Shown in pieces: positions 17,340-25,894 of a DNA stretch of 64,000 nt (position 1 is the first letter of the stretch; every line of letters begins with the position of its first letter). The position numbers and the translations under genes were made by a program. Under the pieces are notes generated by a model. It ran no database searches and was not told where the DNA came from. It worked only from the letters and a program-made list of their open reading frames with translations. This DNA is from a virus (Duplodnaviria > Heunggongvirae > Uroviricota > Caudoviricetes). The stretch is from IMG/VR virus record IMGVR_UViG_3300045988_003495; one strand, given 5' to 3'.

Positions 17340-18125
17340 ATGGGTATTGTAAAAATCATCAAAGGTGATATCTTTGACGCCTTTGATAAAGGTAAGTTTG
17401 ACATCATTGGTCATGGTTGTAACTGTATGAATTTAATGGGTGCAGGTATTGCAGCAACTATTTCTAAGCGTTATCCAAAAGTGTATGATACTGACACAGA
17501 AGTTTACCTGTTTGCAGGTGGCATTCGTCACAAACCCTGTGAAAATTTACTAGGTAATTTCTCTGTAGCACGTTTAAAACAAGGCCGTATAGCTAACCTT
17601 TACACCCAACTTCATACTGGTAAAGATGCCCGATACAGTGCTTTAGAGTCATCCTTGAAACAGCTTAACAGATACTGTGAAGTTAACCAGTTGAAGAAAG
17701 TTGGTCTACCTATGATTGGTGCAGGTATCGGTGGACTTGACCCTCAAGCTGTCACAGTTATCATTAATCAGGTGATGAAGAGTGTAGATGTTTATCTGTA
17801 TGTCTATGAAGCAAAAATGTATAATGAGTTACACTCAGGTTGGAAAAACTACTGTGAACCAGAATACTTTGCAGGTGTAGTTGTGTTCACAGATAACGCA
17901 GTTACCCTCTTCAGACGAAGAAAAGGTAAGATACATCAAAGTAACCCTCCGGTTGAAAAGATGTCTCTAAGTAACGCTCTAGTTACCCACCTGTCGAAGA
18001 GCAATCACAGAATTGCAGTAACATTTGGCAGTGATGCAGATGCTTATATCTATGCAAGAACTGATGAGGATATTGAGTTAATCCTCTCTTCACCAGAACT
18101 TACCTTCTTAGACGCAAAGAACTAA
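17340..18125 (+). CDS. macro-domain protein (ADP-ribose binding/processing) with C-terminal extension
   Basis: 261 aa; canonical macro signatures GDIFDAF...DIIGHGCNC and MGAGIAATIS in the N-terminal 60 aa. Confidence 0.7.
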   Translation: MGIVKIIKGDIFDAFDKGKFDIIGHGCNCMNLMGAGIAATISKRYPKVYDTDTEVYLFAGGIRHKPCENLLGNFSVARLKQGRIANLYTQLHTGKDARYSALESSLKQLNRYCEVNQLKKVGLPMIGAGIGGLDPQAVTVIINQVMKSVDVYLYVYEAKMYNELHSGWKNYCEPEYFAGVVVFTDNAVTLFRRRKGKIHQSNPPVEKMSLSNALVTHLSKSNHRIAVTFGSDADAYIYARTDEDIELILSSPELTFLDAKN

Positions 18126-18187
18126 GAAACTTCGTAGTATATTCACAATAGACTAAGCCTTTCTTATCTGGTAAATTTTTCAGGTAA

Positions 18188-18400
18188 GGAGGGCTTTTTC
18201 ATTTCAGATTTGTGCAGGTAGAGTTCTGTAGAGAAATCTATAGAGAAAATTTTGAACTCCAAAGAGAAAATTCATTTTCAAACTGTGCAGGTAATCTCCA
18301 AAGGGTTTTTTCATTTTCAAAACGTGCAGAGAAAAATCAGGTCGGGCAAGAAAAATCATTTTAGAATTGTGCAGGTAGGTGGGGGTAGGTGGGACTGTCG
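18188..18400. repeat. four direct repeats (iteron-like) sharing core tCATTTtcAaAnTGTGCAGGTA, plus tandem gtaggtggg x2
   Basis: Copies near 18200, 18272, 18312 and 18353, spaced about 40-70 bp apart, in a 500-bp non-coding gap. Confidence 0.6.
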
Positions 18401-18554
18401 CCATTTCTCACAAGGCTACCACATCTGAAAATAAAAGTCAACAGAAAAATTTGTAGCGGATTGAAAAATAATTCTTGATTGTAGTTCTGTTTTGTGGTAG
18501 TCGCGCGCACCCGTTTCATTACAATTTTTGCAAAAAATATTTTTAAAAATTTTC

Positions 18555-18583
18555 TTGACTCTTTGAACTGGGTTATCTAATAT
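18555..18583 (+). promoter_or_regulatory. sigma70-like early promoter
   Basis: TTGACT (18555-18560), 17-nt spacer, TAATAT (18578-18583); preceded by an AT-rich tract (18520-18554). Confidence 0.55.
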
Positions 18584-18635
18584 TTGCATCAGACGGGGCG
18601 ACAAGCTCAACAACCTTAAACTAGGAGATTCAAAA

Positions 18636-19019
18636 ATGGCATATCGTGCACCTAAATTCATCAACAAAGACAACTTTCGCAACGCACTGGAGAAGTCACT
18701 TGATGAAAATTTTAAAGGTAACATTATCGTTGTTCACGCATTCAATTTTAAGTATGATGTAAACGGGAATAGAATCAACCATTACACGGCAACCATGTTA
18801 GATGGTACACTTTCAAGTGAAAAAGCCGTACTAAATGCACTGGCAGGACGTGGAAAGGTATTAGTAAGATGTGATAAGAGACGTTATCAGGGCGGTGCAT
18901 ATGGTTATGATGATGCTGTTTACCATCTTGAAAATATGGGCTATCAAGTAGAAAAAGCTGGAGCATCACAAATCATCGGCAGTGATGGTTATGTAACTAT
19001 CTTCAAAATTAACAAATAA
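18636..19019 (+). CDS. hypothetical early protein
   Basis: 127 aa; RBS aggagattcaaaaATG shared with the downstream early-gene family. Confidence 0.5.
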   Translation: MAYRAPKFINKDNFRNALEKSLDENFKGNIIVVHAFNFKYDVNGNRINHYTATMLDGTLSSEKAVLNALAGRGKVLVRCDKRRYQGGAYGYDDAVYHLENMGYQVEKAGASQIIGSDGYVTIFKINK

Positions 19020-19031
19020 AGTACTTTACAA

Positions 19032-19060
19032 GGGGCTTATAGTTCGATAAAGTAAGCCCC
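19032..19060 (+). repeat. conserved 5'-leader hairpin (ggggcttatagttcgataaagtaagcccc), member of a dispersed early-gene cassette family
   Basis: Identical copies at 21273-21301 and 22406-22434; close variants near 19413 and 22070; a second hairpin family (ggggagggaatgaccttcccc) near 20743, 21796, 23365 and 23925. Confidence 0.6.
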
Positions 19061-19105
19061 AGATAAAGAGCTTTACTACTCAATCCTAAATTGGAGAACT
19101 TAAAA

Positions 19106-19399
19106 ATGGCTATTATCAAAAACGTTGTAATTACTGCAAAGACTCGTGATGACGCTCGCGTTATGGCTAAAAAGTTATGCGGTAAAGTGGTTGACAACGG
19201 AAAACAATCTGCTGTAAGGTGGGGCGTGAAGGTTGATAAACAGTTGAAGTTAAAAAATTCACCGATAAACCTTTTTACATGTGTAAACACTATCGGGAAG
19301 ACAAATGTATACACGAAAAAGGCATACATTAGACGCGTAGCATTAACATCCCCCATTCGTACAATGAGAAGTTATGCAAAGCTGAAAATTAACAAATAA
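19106..19399 (+). CDS. hypothetical early protein
   Basis: ORF track begins at TTG 19091; ATG 19106 has the conserved RBS ttggagaacttaaaaATG. Confidence 0.5.
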   Translation: MAIIKNVVITAKTRDDARVMAKKLCGKVVDNGKQSAVRWGVKVDKQLKLKNSPINLFTCVNTIGKTNVYTKKAYIRRVALTSPIRTMRSYAKLKINK

Positions 19400-19484
19400 A
19401 GTACTTTACAGGGGGCTTAAAAGTTGATATCTTAAGCCCCAGATAAAGAGCTTTACTACTCAATCCTAAATTGGAGATTCAAAA

Positions 19485-19997
19485 ATGAAAACTGTAGACG
19501 CTACCTTTGAAGTTGTAAAAGAAAAATTCACTATTATTTATGAAGCTGTCAATTGCTTTGAAGCAAGCCATAATCTTGATAATTGGAAGTTTACAGATGA
19601 CCATCAAGGCGGCGTGACTGTTAAAAATCCTAACTGTCAGCGTAATGAATTTAAATATGCAATCCCTTTACATTACAGCCTTAAACAGCTTTCAAGTGAC
19701 TATGCAAAACAAGGCCGTGAGAATCCATCGAAAGAGGCTTACACGAGCTTACAGAAAGAACTAGAAAGAGATTTAGAGGCTTCAGAGTATAACCTTGCCG
19801 CGAAAGTTGTGGATGCAAACGGTAGCACGGTTTTAGAAAGTTTTTATCTTGGTTATGCTTTCGATTGGTGCTATCGTGACGGCGATGATTTAGAGGATAG
19901 ACTAAAAGAAGAGGTGAACAACGCAGACGCAGAATCTGAAGTATTAGAACGTTTGGAATCGTTGAAAGACTCAGTGATGAATATCTTTAAGAACTAA
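19485..19997 (+). CDS. hypothetical early protein
   Basis: 170 aa, conserved leader and RBS upstream. Confidence 0.5.
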   Translation: MKTVDATFEVVKEKFTIIYEAVNCFEASHNLDNWKFTDDHQGGVTVKNPNCQRNEFKYAIPLHYSLKQLSSDYAKQGRENPSKEAYTSLQKELERDLEASEYNLAAKVVDANGSTVLESFYLGYAFDWCYRDGDDLEDRLKEEVNNADAESEVLERLESLKDSVMNIFKN

Positions 19998-20089
19998 ATA
20001 GATTCCTTTACACGGGGTTATCAAGCTGGTAGGATAGCCCCAGATAAAGAGATTTATCAAATAAAGCCCTTAAACTAGGAGATTCTAAA

Positions 20090-20386
20090 ATGAAATTATC
20101 AAATAAAGTCCGTGAAAATTTAAGCAAGTTACTTAATAAAATTGATTTCATTGAAACATCAAGGAATAGTCATGATGTTATGGAATGGTTACACGGAAAA
20201 ATCAAAGGCCGTCGTGTAGTGATTTGCTTATGGAACAGTTGCAGGGAGTATAAAAAACCTGTATTGCAAGTCAATATTTATGATGATACTTTTAAAAGTC
20301 CTGTAAAATCTAAAAGCGATTTATTAGAATCCTATGAGATAACTGTAAATGGCAAAGTATCACGTAAAGAGGAAACACCATGTTAA
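20090..20386 (+). CDS. hypothetical early protein
   Basis: 98 aa, conserved RBS. Confidence 0.45.
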   Translation: MKLSNKVRENLSKLLNKIDFIETSRNSHDVMEWLHGKIKGRRVVICLWNSCREYKKPVLQVNIYDDTFKSPVKSKSDLLESYEITVNGKVSRKEETPC

Positions 20387-20712
20387 TGACTGGTATCACT
20401 GCAATCATTGCCATTTTCGCTCTATATAAGGCATATAAAGCCTATAATCTAGCAAATAAGGCAACCACCCAGCAGGTTAGCAATAGCCTTGTAGAAAGAT
20501 TTCTAGGGCGTTTAAGTGATGAGCAAATAAAGCGGCTAGAGATGAGCTTCAGATATAAAGCGAAAACCTATCAGATAAGTGACATCTTCAAAGATAATTT
20601 TCAGTTAGTTGATGATTATAATTCTCTGATAAATGCTTTAAATGTCAGTGACTTAAAAGACTACTACGCTGTAATTGTTCAAGAATTGAGCAAACGAAAA
20701 CAAAACTGTTGA
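20380..20712 (+). CDS. hypothetical early protein (N-terminal TM)
   Basis: 110 aa; hydrophobic N-terminus (ITAIIAIFALY). Confidence 0.45.
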   Translation: MLMTGITAIIAIFALYKAYKAYNLANKATTQQVSNSLVERFLGRLSDEQIKRLEMSFRYKAKTYQISDIFKDNFQLVDDYNSLINALNVSDLKDYYAVIVQELSKRKQNC

Positions 20713-20737
20713 CACTGGTTTTTAGATAGATTAAATT
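20709..20737 (+). promoter_or_regulatory. sigma70-like early promoter
   Basis: TTGACA, 17-nt spacer, TAAATT; near-identical copy at 21762-21790. Confidence 0.5.
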
Positions 20738-20802
20738 ACACATCAACGGGGAGGGAATGACCTTCCCCACTAAATAAAGCCCTTAAACTAGGAGATTCAA
20801 AA

Positions 20803-20961
20803 ATGTTTTGTGCAGGTGATAAAGTTGTCTGGAATGATATAGATGACGGTTTATGTACGAAAGTTGTTGTTATCTTAGAAATTGATTATATCACTGGTGT
20901 TGCAACTGTAGCAGATAATGATATAATCTTTGATGTCTTAATTAGTGAACTGTCAAAATAA
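20803..20961 (+). CDS. hypothetical early protein (52 aa, below track cut-off)
   Basis: Translated manually: MFCAGDKVVWNDIDDGLCTKVVVILEIDYITGVATVADNDIIFDVLISELSK; preceded by conserved leader hairpin and RBS. Confidence 0.4.
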   Translation: MFCAGDKVVWNDIDDGLCTKVVVILEIDYITGVATVADNDIIFDVLISELSK

Positions 20962-20987
20962 AATCCTTAAACTAGGAGATTCTGAAA

Positions 20988-21260
20988 ATGTATACTACTA
21001 ACAACGGTCGCACTTTAAACGTAACCCTGCGTCACTATGTGAATGGTGTGATGCACTTTGATGATTTACAAGCTGAGCAACACATCTTAAATTGGCAAGT
21101 TGCAGGACTCCAAAAAACTGCTACAGGATACGGGAAAAAGATTCCAACCAGTTGGAAAGTATACTACAAAGGACGTTTGCGCAGAATTTATCAAGACGTG
21201 CAAAGCAATAGCGCATCGAGTTACATTATAGTAAAAGGCAAAAAACTGCATTTAATGTAA
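20988..21260 (+). CDS. hypothetical early protein
   Basis: 90 aa, conserved RBS. Confidence 0.45.
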   Translation: MYTTNNGRTLNVTLRHYVNGVMHFDDLQAEQHILNWQVAGLQKTATGYGKKIPTSWKVYYKGRLRRIYQDVQSNSASSYIIVKGKKLHLM

Positions 21261-21346
21261 AGCACTTTACAAGGGGCTTATAGTTCGATAAAGTAAGCCC
21301 CAGATAAAGAGCTTTACTACTCAATCCTAAATTGGAGAACTTAAAA

Positions 21347-21751
21347 ATGGCTATTAATAACCGTGAATTATCAATTTTAAAAGCACGTTTGACCGTTAAC
21401 CGGATTAATGTTATCACGTCATCAGCACCAGATGAAACACTGCAAAACATTATTGGGAAGATTCAAAGTGTTATCTTAGACGTTGAAAGCGTAAAAAACT
21501 CATTGACTGACGTTGCAGCAGGTATCACGCTAGACGGTGCACAACATGAAATGGCCGACATGTTAGGCAAATCTAAGGTAATGAATAAAGAGTTAGATTT
21601 GAAAATGTTCCGATTTGCTGTTAAAGTGTGGTTATCTGTCGAGTATGATGCTAACTTTGCAATCGCTGACTTTTTTGCCACTTGGTTGCAGCGTAATTTG
21701 GCAAATCACGATTTCCGTAATATCTGCGATGCAATTTATGCAGAACTATAA
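21347..21751 (+). CDS. hypothetical early protein
   Basis: ORF track begins at TTG 21332; ATG 21347 carries the conserved RBS. Confidence 0.5.
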   Translation: MAINNRELSILKARLTVNRINVITSSAPDETLQNIIGKIQSVILDVESVKNSLTDVAAGITLDGAQHEMADMLGKSKVMNKELDLKMFRFAVKVWLSVEYDANFAIADFFATWLQRNLANHDFRNICDAIYAEL

Positions 21752-21761
21752 AAAATTTTTG

Positions 21762-21790
21762 TTGACACTGATTTTTAGATAGGCTAAATT
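21762..21790 (+). promoter_or_regulatory. sigma70-like early promoter
   Basis: TTGACA, 17-nt spacer, TAAATT, followed by leader hairpin. Confidence 0.5.
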
Positions 21791-21853
21791 ACACATCAAC
21801 GGGGAGGGAATGACCTTCCCCACTAAATAAAGTCCTAAACTGGAGATTCAAAA

Positions 21854-22057
21854 ATGGCTATTATTAATGGTTTAACCATTGAAACTACACACATCAAAGA
21901 TATCAAAGTTGGTGATATAGTCCTTTCCCACGGCGTAGAAAAAACTGTCACTGCAAAGGATATCAAAGAGGATTCTTTCATGGGTAGGACTCTCTTCGGT
22001 GATTCTTATTGCTTAGGCTATCTTGCAGTTTTAAAAGTTGTCAAAAATAACAAATAA
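21854..22057 (+). CDS. hypothetical early protein
   Basis: 67 aa, conserved RBS. Confidence 0.45.
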   Translation: MAIINGLTIETTHIKDIKVGDIVLSHGVEKTVTAKDIKEDSFMGRTLFGDSYCLGYLAVLKVVKNNK

Positions 22058-22144
22058 AGTACTTTACAAGGGGCTTAAAAGTTGATAACTTAAGCCCCAG
22101 ATAAAGAACTTTACCACTAAATCCTAAACTGGAGATTCTAAAAA

Positions 22145-22393
22145 ATGATGAACTACTTTAACATTCCCGATACCTGTAGATTATTGACACAAGAAGAAAA
22201 TTTGGGTAAACCTTTCATTTACCACATGCCAGATAACACGGCAAAAACTTATAGTTACAATGTTAACCGTTTCACCGCATACGCTGCAAAGAACGGCTAT
22301 AGGTTGGTTACTCAAAAAGTAATGCTGGTTACAACTGCTGGCGAGATTCCTACAGTTGCAGTCAAACTAGTTTTCTCAAAGAAAGTTAAATAA
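22145..22393 (+). CDS. hypothetical early protein
   Basis: 82 aa, conserved RBS. Confidence 0.45.
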   Translation: MMNYFNIPDTCRLLTQEENLGKPFIYHMPDNTAKTYSYNVNRFTAYAAKNGYRLVTQKVMLVTTAGEIPTVAVKLVFSKKVK

Positions 22394-22480
22394 AGCACTT
22401 TACAAGGGGCTTATAGTTCGATAAAGTAAGCCCCAGATAAAGAGCTTTACCACTCAATCCTTAAACTAGGAGATTCAAAA

Positions 22481-23023
22481 ATGAAATGTTATCACGGAAC
22501 TACTCAAGAAAATTTCCTCAACCTGATTAATAACGGTGATAAACCATCAGGCGCATGGAATTGTTCGGATATGGACGGCAATTTTTACGTGTATCCAGAA
22601 AATAAAATCTATGGCGACGATGATGAAGAGATAACATCGGAGGGCATTCAGCAAGCTCTAGGGAACGCCACTATTACGGCGGCCTTCCAGATGAAAACCC
22701 AAAATATTGTTATCTTAGAACTCGATATTCCAGATGATGAGCTAAATGATGATTATTCTTGTGATAATATGTCGAGTGTAGCAAGTTTTACAGAGTACTT
22801 TGATGTAAACTGGATTAAAAAGGTCTATACAACAGAGTTTAACGCTATGTATTCGCCTTTTTGTCTTCCTTCACTGGATAACCCAAATATGAACTATCTT
22901 GATGAGACATTAGAACTACTTGCTAAAAGTGTTCAACAGTCGGACAGTATTCAGGTTTTTTGTGACATCATAGATACACTGACAGGAAACATTGCAGAAG
23001 AGGATTTAAAGAGCTTTTTCTAA
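22481..23023 (+). CDS. hypothetical early protein (acidic)
   Basis: 180 aa, conserved RBS. Confidence 0.5.
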   Translation: MKCYHGTTQENFLNLINNGDKPSGAWNCSDMDGNFYVYPENKIYGDDDEEITSEGIQQALGNATITAAFQMKTQNIVILELDIPDDELNDDYSCDNMSSVASFTEYFDVNWIKKVYTTEFNAMYSPFCLPSLDNPNMNYLDETLELLAKSVQQSDSIQVFCDIIDTLTGNIAEEDLKSFF

Positions 23024-23054
23024 AAACCTATGCAATCACCTTATAGACACTAAT

Positions 23055-23078
23055 CAGCCCCTTGTAGGGGCTTTTAGA
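23055..23078 (+). terminator. intrinsic terminator-like hairpin
   Basis: agcccct-tgt-aggggct followed by ttt. Confidence 0.45.
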
Positions 23079-23089
23079 GGGCTTAAATC

Positions 23090-23323
23090 ATGCTTACAAC
23101 CGTTTACCTCATCCTTTCTATTTGTAACGGTCATTCATGCGATTTTAAAGGGCTTGAAGAGTTTACAGGAAGTAAAGAAAATGCTATTCAAGTTTGCCAG
23201 ATAGCAAGGAAAGACTATCCCGCTAGTGATGATATACAATGTTACTTTAAGACAGAAGATGACGACGGAATCTATTTCGACAGTGTTGACGGTAAATATG
23301 AAATTATCATTGAAAAAGACTAG
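23090..23323 (+). CDS. hypothetical early protein
   Basis: 77 aa ORF. Confidence 0.45.
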   Translation: MLTTVYLILSICNGHSCDFKGLEEFTGSKENAIQVCQIARKDYPASDDIQCYFKTEDDDGIYFDSVDGKYEIIIEKD

Positions 23324-23415
23324 ACAAGCCCGATAAAAGTCTGTAAATTGTCAATCAACGGGGAGGGAATGACCTTCCCCACTAAGTAAAGTCCTTAAAC
23401 TAGGAGATTCTAAAA

Positions 23416-23757
23416 ATGGCTTATGTAACCGTAATTACCGATAAAGCTGGCGCATCTTGGTCAACTCAGGTTAGTGATAAGATGTCACCTATGCAGTGCC
23501 TAAAATACTTTGAACAGTGGAACAAAGGCGAGGACACAAGCCCCTTTCAAGTGATGCAGATTATCCATGTAGATAACGAAGGGAATAAAACGGTTTTAAA
23601 TAGTGAGTACTACGCAAGCCGTTTTGAAACGAGAAGTAAAACAATGAAGCTTTTACGTGAATCCGGTTATGCCCATATCGCCGCGTTAATCTGGGATGAC
23701 CTGCTAAAAAACCAACGTATCAGCTATGTAAAACCTGAAAAAATATTCATCAGTTAA
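23416..23757 (+). CDS. hypothetical early protein
   Basis: 113 aa, conserved leader/RBS. Confidence 0.5.
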   Translation: MAYVTVITDKAGASWSTQVSDKMSPMQCLKYFEQWNKGEDTSPFQVMQIIHVDNEGNKTVLNSEYYASRFETRSKTMKLLRESGYAHIAALIWDDLLKNQRISYVKPEKIFIS

Positions 23758-23979
23758 TCAATAACTTACAAAAAACTTTTAAAAAAGTGTTGACAATACC
23801 CCTTGACATTGGTAACTTTGTTCGAGGGGGTTTATCTAAAAGGGATTCACTTAAAAGATTCTTTATAGATAAGCTCAAAAAATTACTTGCAATCAACTAT
23901 CAAAACAAGTAAATTACTAATCAACGGGAAGGCAATAACCTCCCCACTAAATAAAACCCTTAAACTAGGAGATTCAAAA

Positions 23980-24228
23980 ATGGCAACTATCCGCGCTACT
24001 GTCAATGCCTATGGCTGTTATACTCTGGACGTTAAATTCGATATTGGTGGAACTGATGAGTGTTTTTCATTAGTGAAGACAGTTATCAAACAAGTTATTC
24101 CAGATTATAACCCTACTGATGACTTCTGGAAAGATGCTGTAAAAGAGGCATTAAACGACGAGCATCACTATCATTACTGGGGTGACTTGATTGTTTCCCT
24201 GTACTACAATAAACAAGGTTACAACTAA
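23980..24228 (+). CDS. hypothetical early protein
   Basis: ORF track 23887-24228; ATG 23980 follows the conserved RBS ggagattcaaaaATG. Confidence 0.45.
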   Translation: MATIRATVNAYGCYTLDVKFDIGGTDECFSLVKTVIKQVIPDYNPTDDFWKDAVKEALNDEHHYHYWGDLIVSLYYNKQGYN

Positions 24229-24266
24229 TCGACGCAGCGGGGCTAAATAGCCCCAGATACCTCAAC

Positions 24267-24292
24267 AGCCCCTATTTAAAGGGGCTTTTTTA
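24267..24292 (+). terminator. intrinsic terminator closing the rightward early region
   Basis: agcccc-tatttaaa-ggggct followed by tttttt; a second hairpin sits at 24239-24254. Confidence 0.6.
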
Positions 24293-24636
24293 CGTCTATT
24301 GAATCCTTATACAATCCCTTTCCTTTCCTTTCCAGAATCTTACTAGACCTTAAAAGCAATAACTCTATAGTCTACTCTATAACCTCTTATCAAATCAACT
24401 TAAATATAAGCCCATAACCCGAAAGGGAAGGGCAACCGTTTAAACGCTCTATAAAGCTCTATAACAGCCTTATCAACCTAACTTAAGGGATTGCATTAAC
24501 TCACCCTTAAAAGCCCTTTATAAAGCTTCTCAGAGACTTAAAAGAATCTTATAAGGGTGTAAGCTTTATCGTCTCGTTAGTTATCTTGTGAATATCTAAA
24601 AAGGGCTTGTTAGTGTCTTAAAAGTATGTTATAGGG

Positions 24637-24698
24637 GCTATAAAGTTACGTAAAAGAGGCTATAAAGTTACGTAAAAGAGGCTATAAAGTTACGTAAA
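24637..24698. repeat. tandem direct repeat, 22-bp unit gctataaagttacgtaaaagag x about 2.8
   Basis: Units at 24637-24658 and 24659-24680, partial third at 24681-24698. Confidence 0.8.
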
Positions 24699-24759
24699 TA
24701 CTAGCCCCCTTAACATTCTCTTAACAATTTCTTAACAATCCCTACATAGTTATGCTTTT

Positions 24760-25800
24760 AAGGCACTTGTTAGCAACTTGTTAGCCCCTTGTTAAATCTC
24801 TGTTAAGACCACGTAAAAGCCTTGTAAGAGTCTTTGACATAGCCTTAAAAGCTCCTGTAAAGCCCTATAAAGAGCTATCTGTACAGTTGGGGTGTAACTA
24901 CTAGGAAGAGACTTAAAAGGGGCTATACAGAGCTATAGAGAGCTTTTAAGAGGTATGTTTAAGGAATCACTAAGAAAGGAAAGGGAACGATAAGAAAAGA
25001 GATAGTGACCATGTTAATAGCTTGTTAAAAAGATTAAACACTTGTTAGAGACTTGTTAATTATCTTAACAAAATAACTCTTAAAAATTAACTTGTTAGCT
25101 CTTGTTAGTCATCTGTTAAGAGACTATAAAGACCATGTATCGACTGTTAAGAACTTGTTACAACCTTGTTAGTTCTGTTAAGAGTCTGTTAAGACCTCTG
25201 AAGAGATGTTAAGAAGGTGTAAGGACTGTTAAGAGATTGTTAAGGATATTTTAAAATTTTGCAAAGTACTTGTAAGGGAGCTGTTAAGGGCTACCAAGCA
25301 GATATACACCCTAATCAGATATTTTTCAGTTCCTTCAAAGACCCTAAAAAATGACTTGACAGTCTTATTTTATAAAAATTTTAAAATTCTGAATAATTAC
25401 CTAGACAGTCTTTTAAAAATACAGGTAGAAACAGGCTTATAAGATACCTTGTTAATACCGTGTTAGACCTTGTGAGATAAGGTCTGTAAAGATATTCCTG
25501 TTAAGTTTGTTAAAACAGTCTATATAGAGGCTTAGTAACACCTAGTGAACACCTATAGAGAGTGTCATAGCTTACATAGAGATTAAGAGGTGTATAGGAG
25601 CTTCTAAGAGTGTGTAGAGAGATGGTTAAGATGATTGTATAGGTTGTTTAGAAGGCTTGTTAGAAGAGTGTTTAGATGGCTATTTAGAAGGGCTATACAG
25701 AGGGCTATTAAGACCACTAGATAGTTACTAAGATACTATATAGTACTATATAACTATATAGAGAGTAAGATTAAGAAGATTGTTAAGAAGGATAGATATT
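24760..25800. repeat. dense array of short motifs TGTTA(A/G) (cTTGTTAG / cTGTTAAG), about 30 copies
   Basis: For example cttgttagcaacttgttagccccttgttaaatctctgttaag and gactgttaagaacttgttacaaccttgttagttctgttaagagtctgttaagacc; no ORF of 60 aa or more in any frame. Confidence 0.7.
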
Positions 25801-25859
25801 TTATTCACATATGATGGTGACCCAGAGGTTGGGACAACCGATAAAATTTTATAAAAATT

Positions 25860-25883
25860 AAAAAGCCCCCAATTAAGGAGGCT
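25860..25883 (-). terminator. intrinsic terminator for the leftward gene block
   Basis: On the minus strand: agcctcc-ttaatt-gggggct followed by ttttt, just after the stop of 25895-26518. Confidence 0.45.
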
Positions 25884-25894
25884 CTTAAGATATT

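Noticed and set aside
18204-18724. Minus-strand ORFs 18204-18404 and 18416-18724 in the iteron/promoter gap
   Set aside because: Translations are driven by the direct repeats and the AT-rich tract and would run against the early promoter; no RBS.
24637-24698. Tandem repeats considered as a possible CRISPR array
   Set aside because: Units are directly adjacent with no spacers, only about 2.8 copies of a 22-bp unit, and no cas genes nearby.
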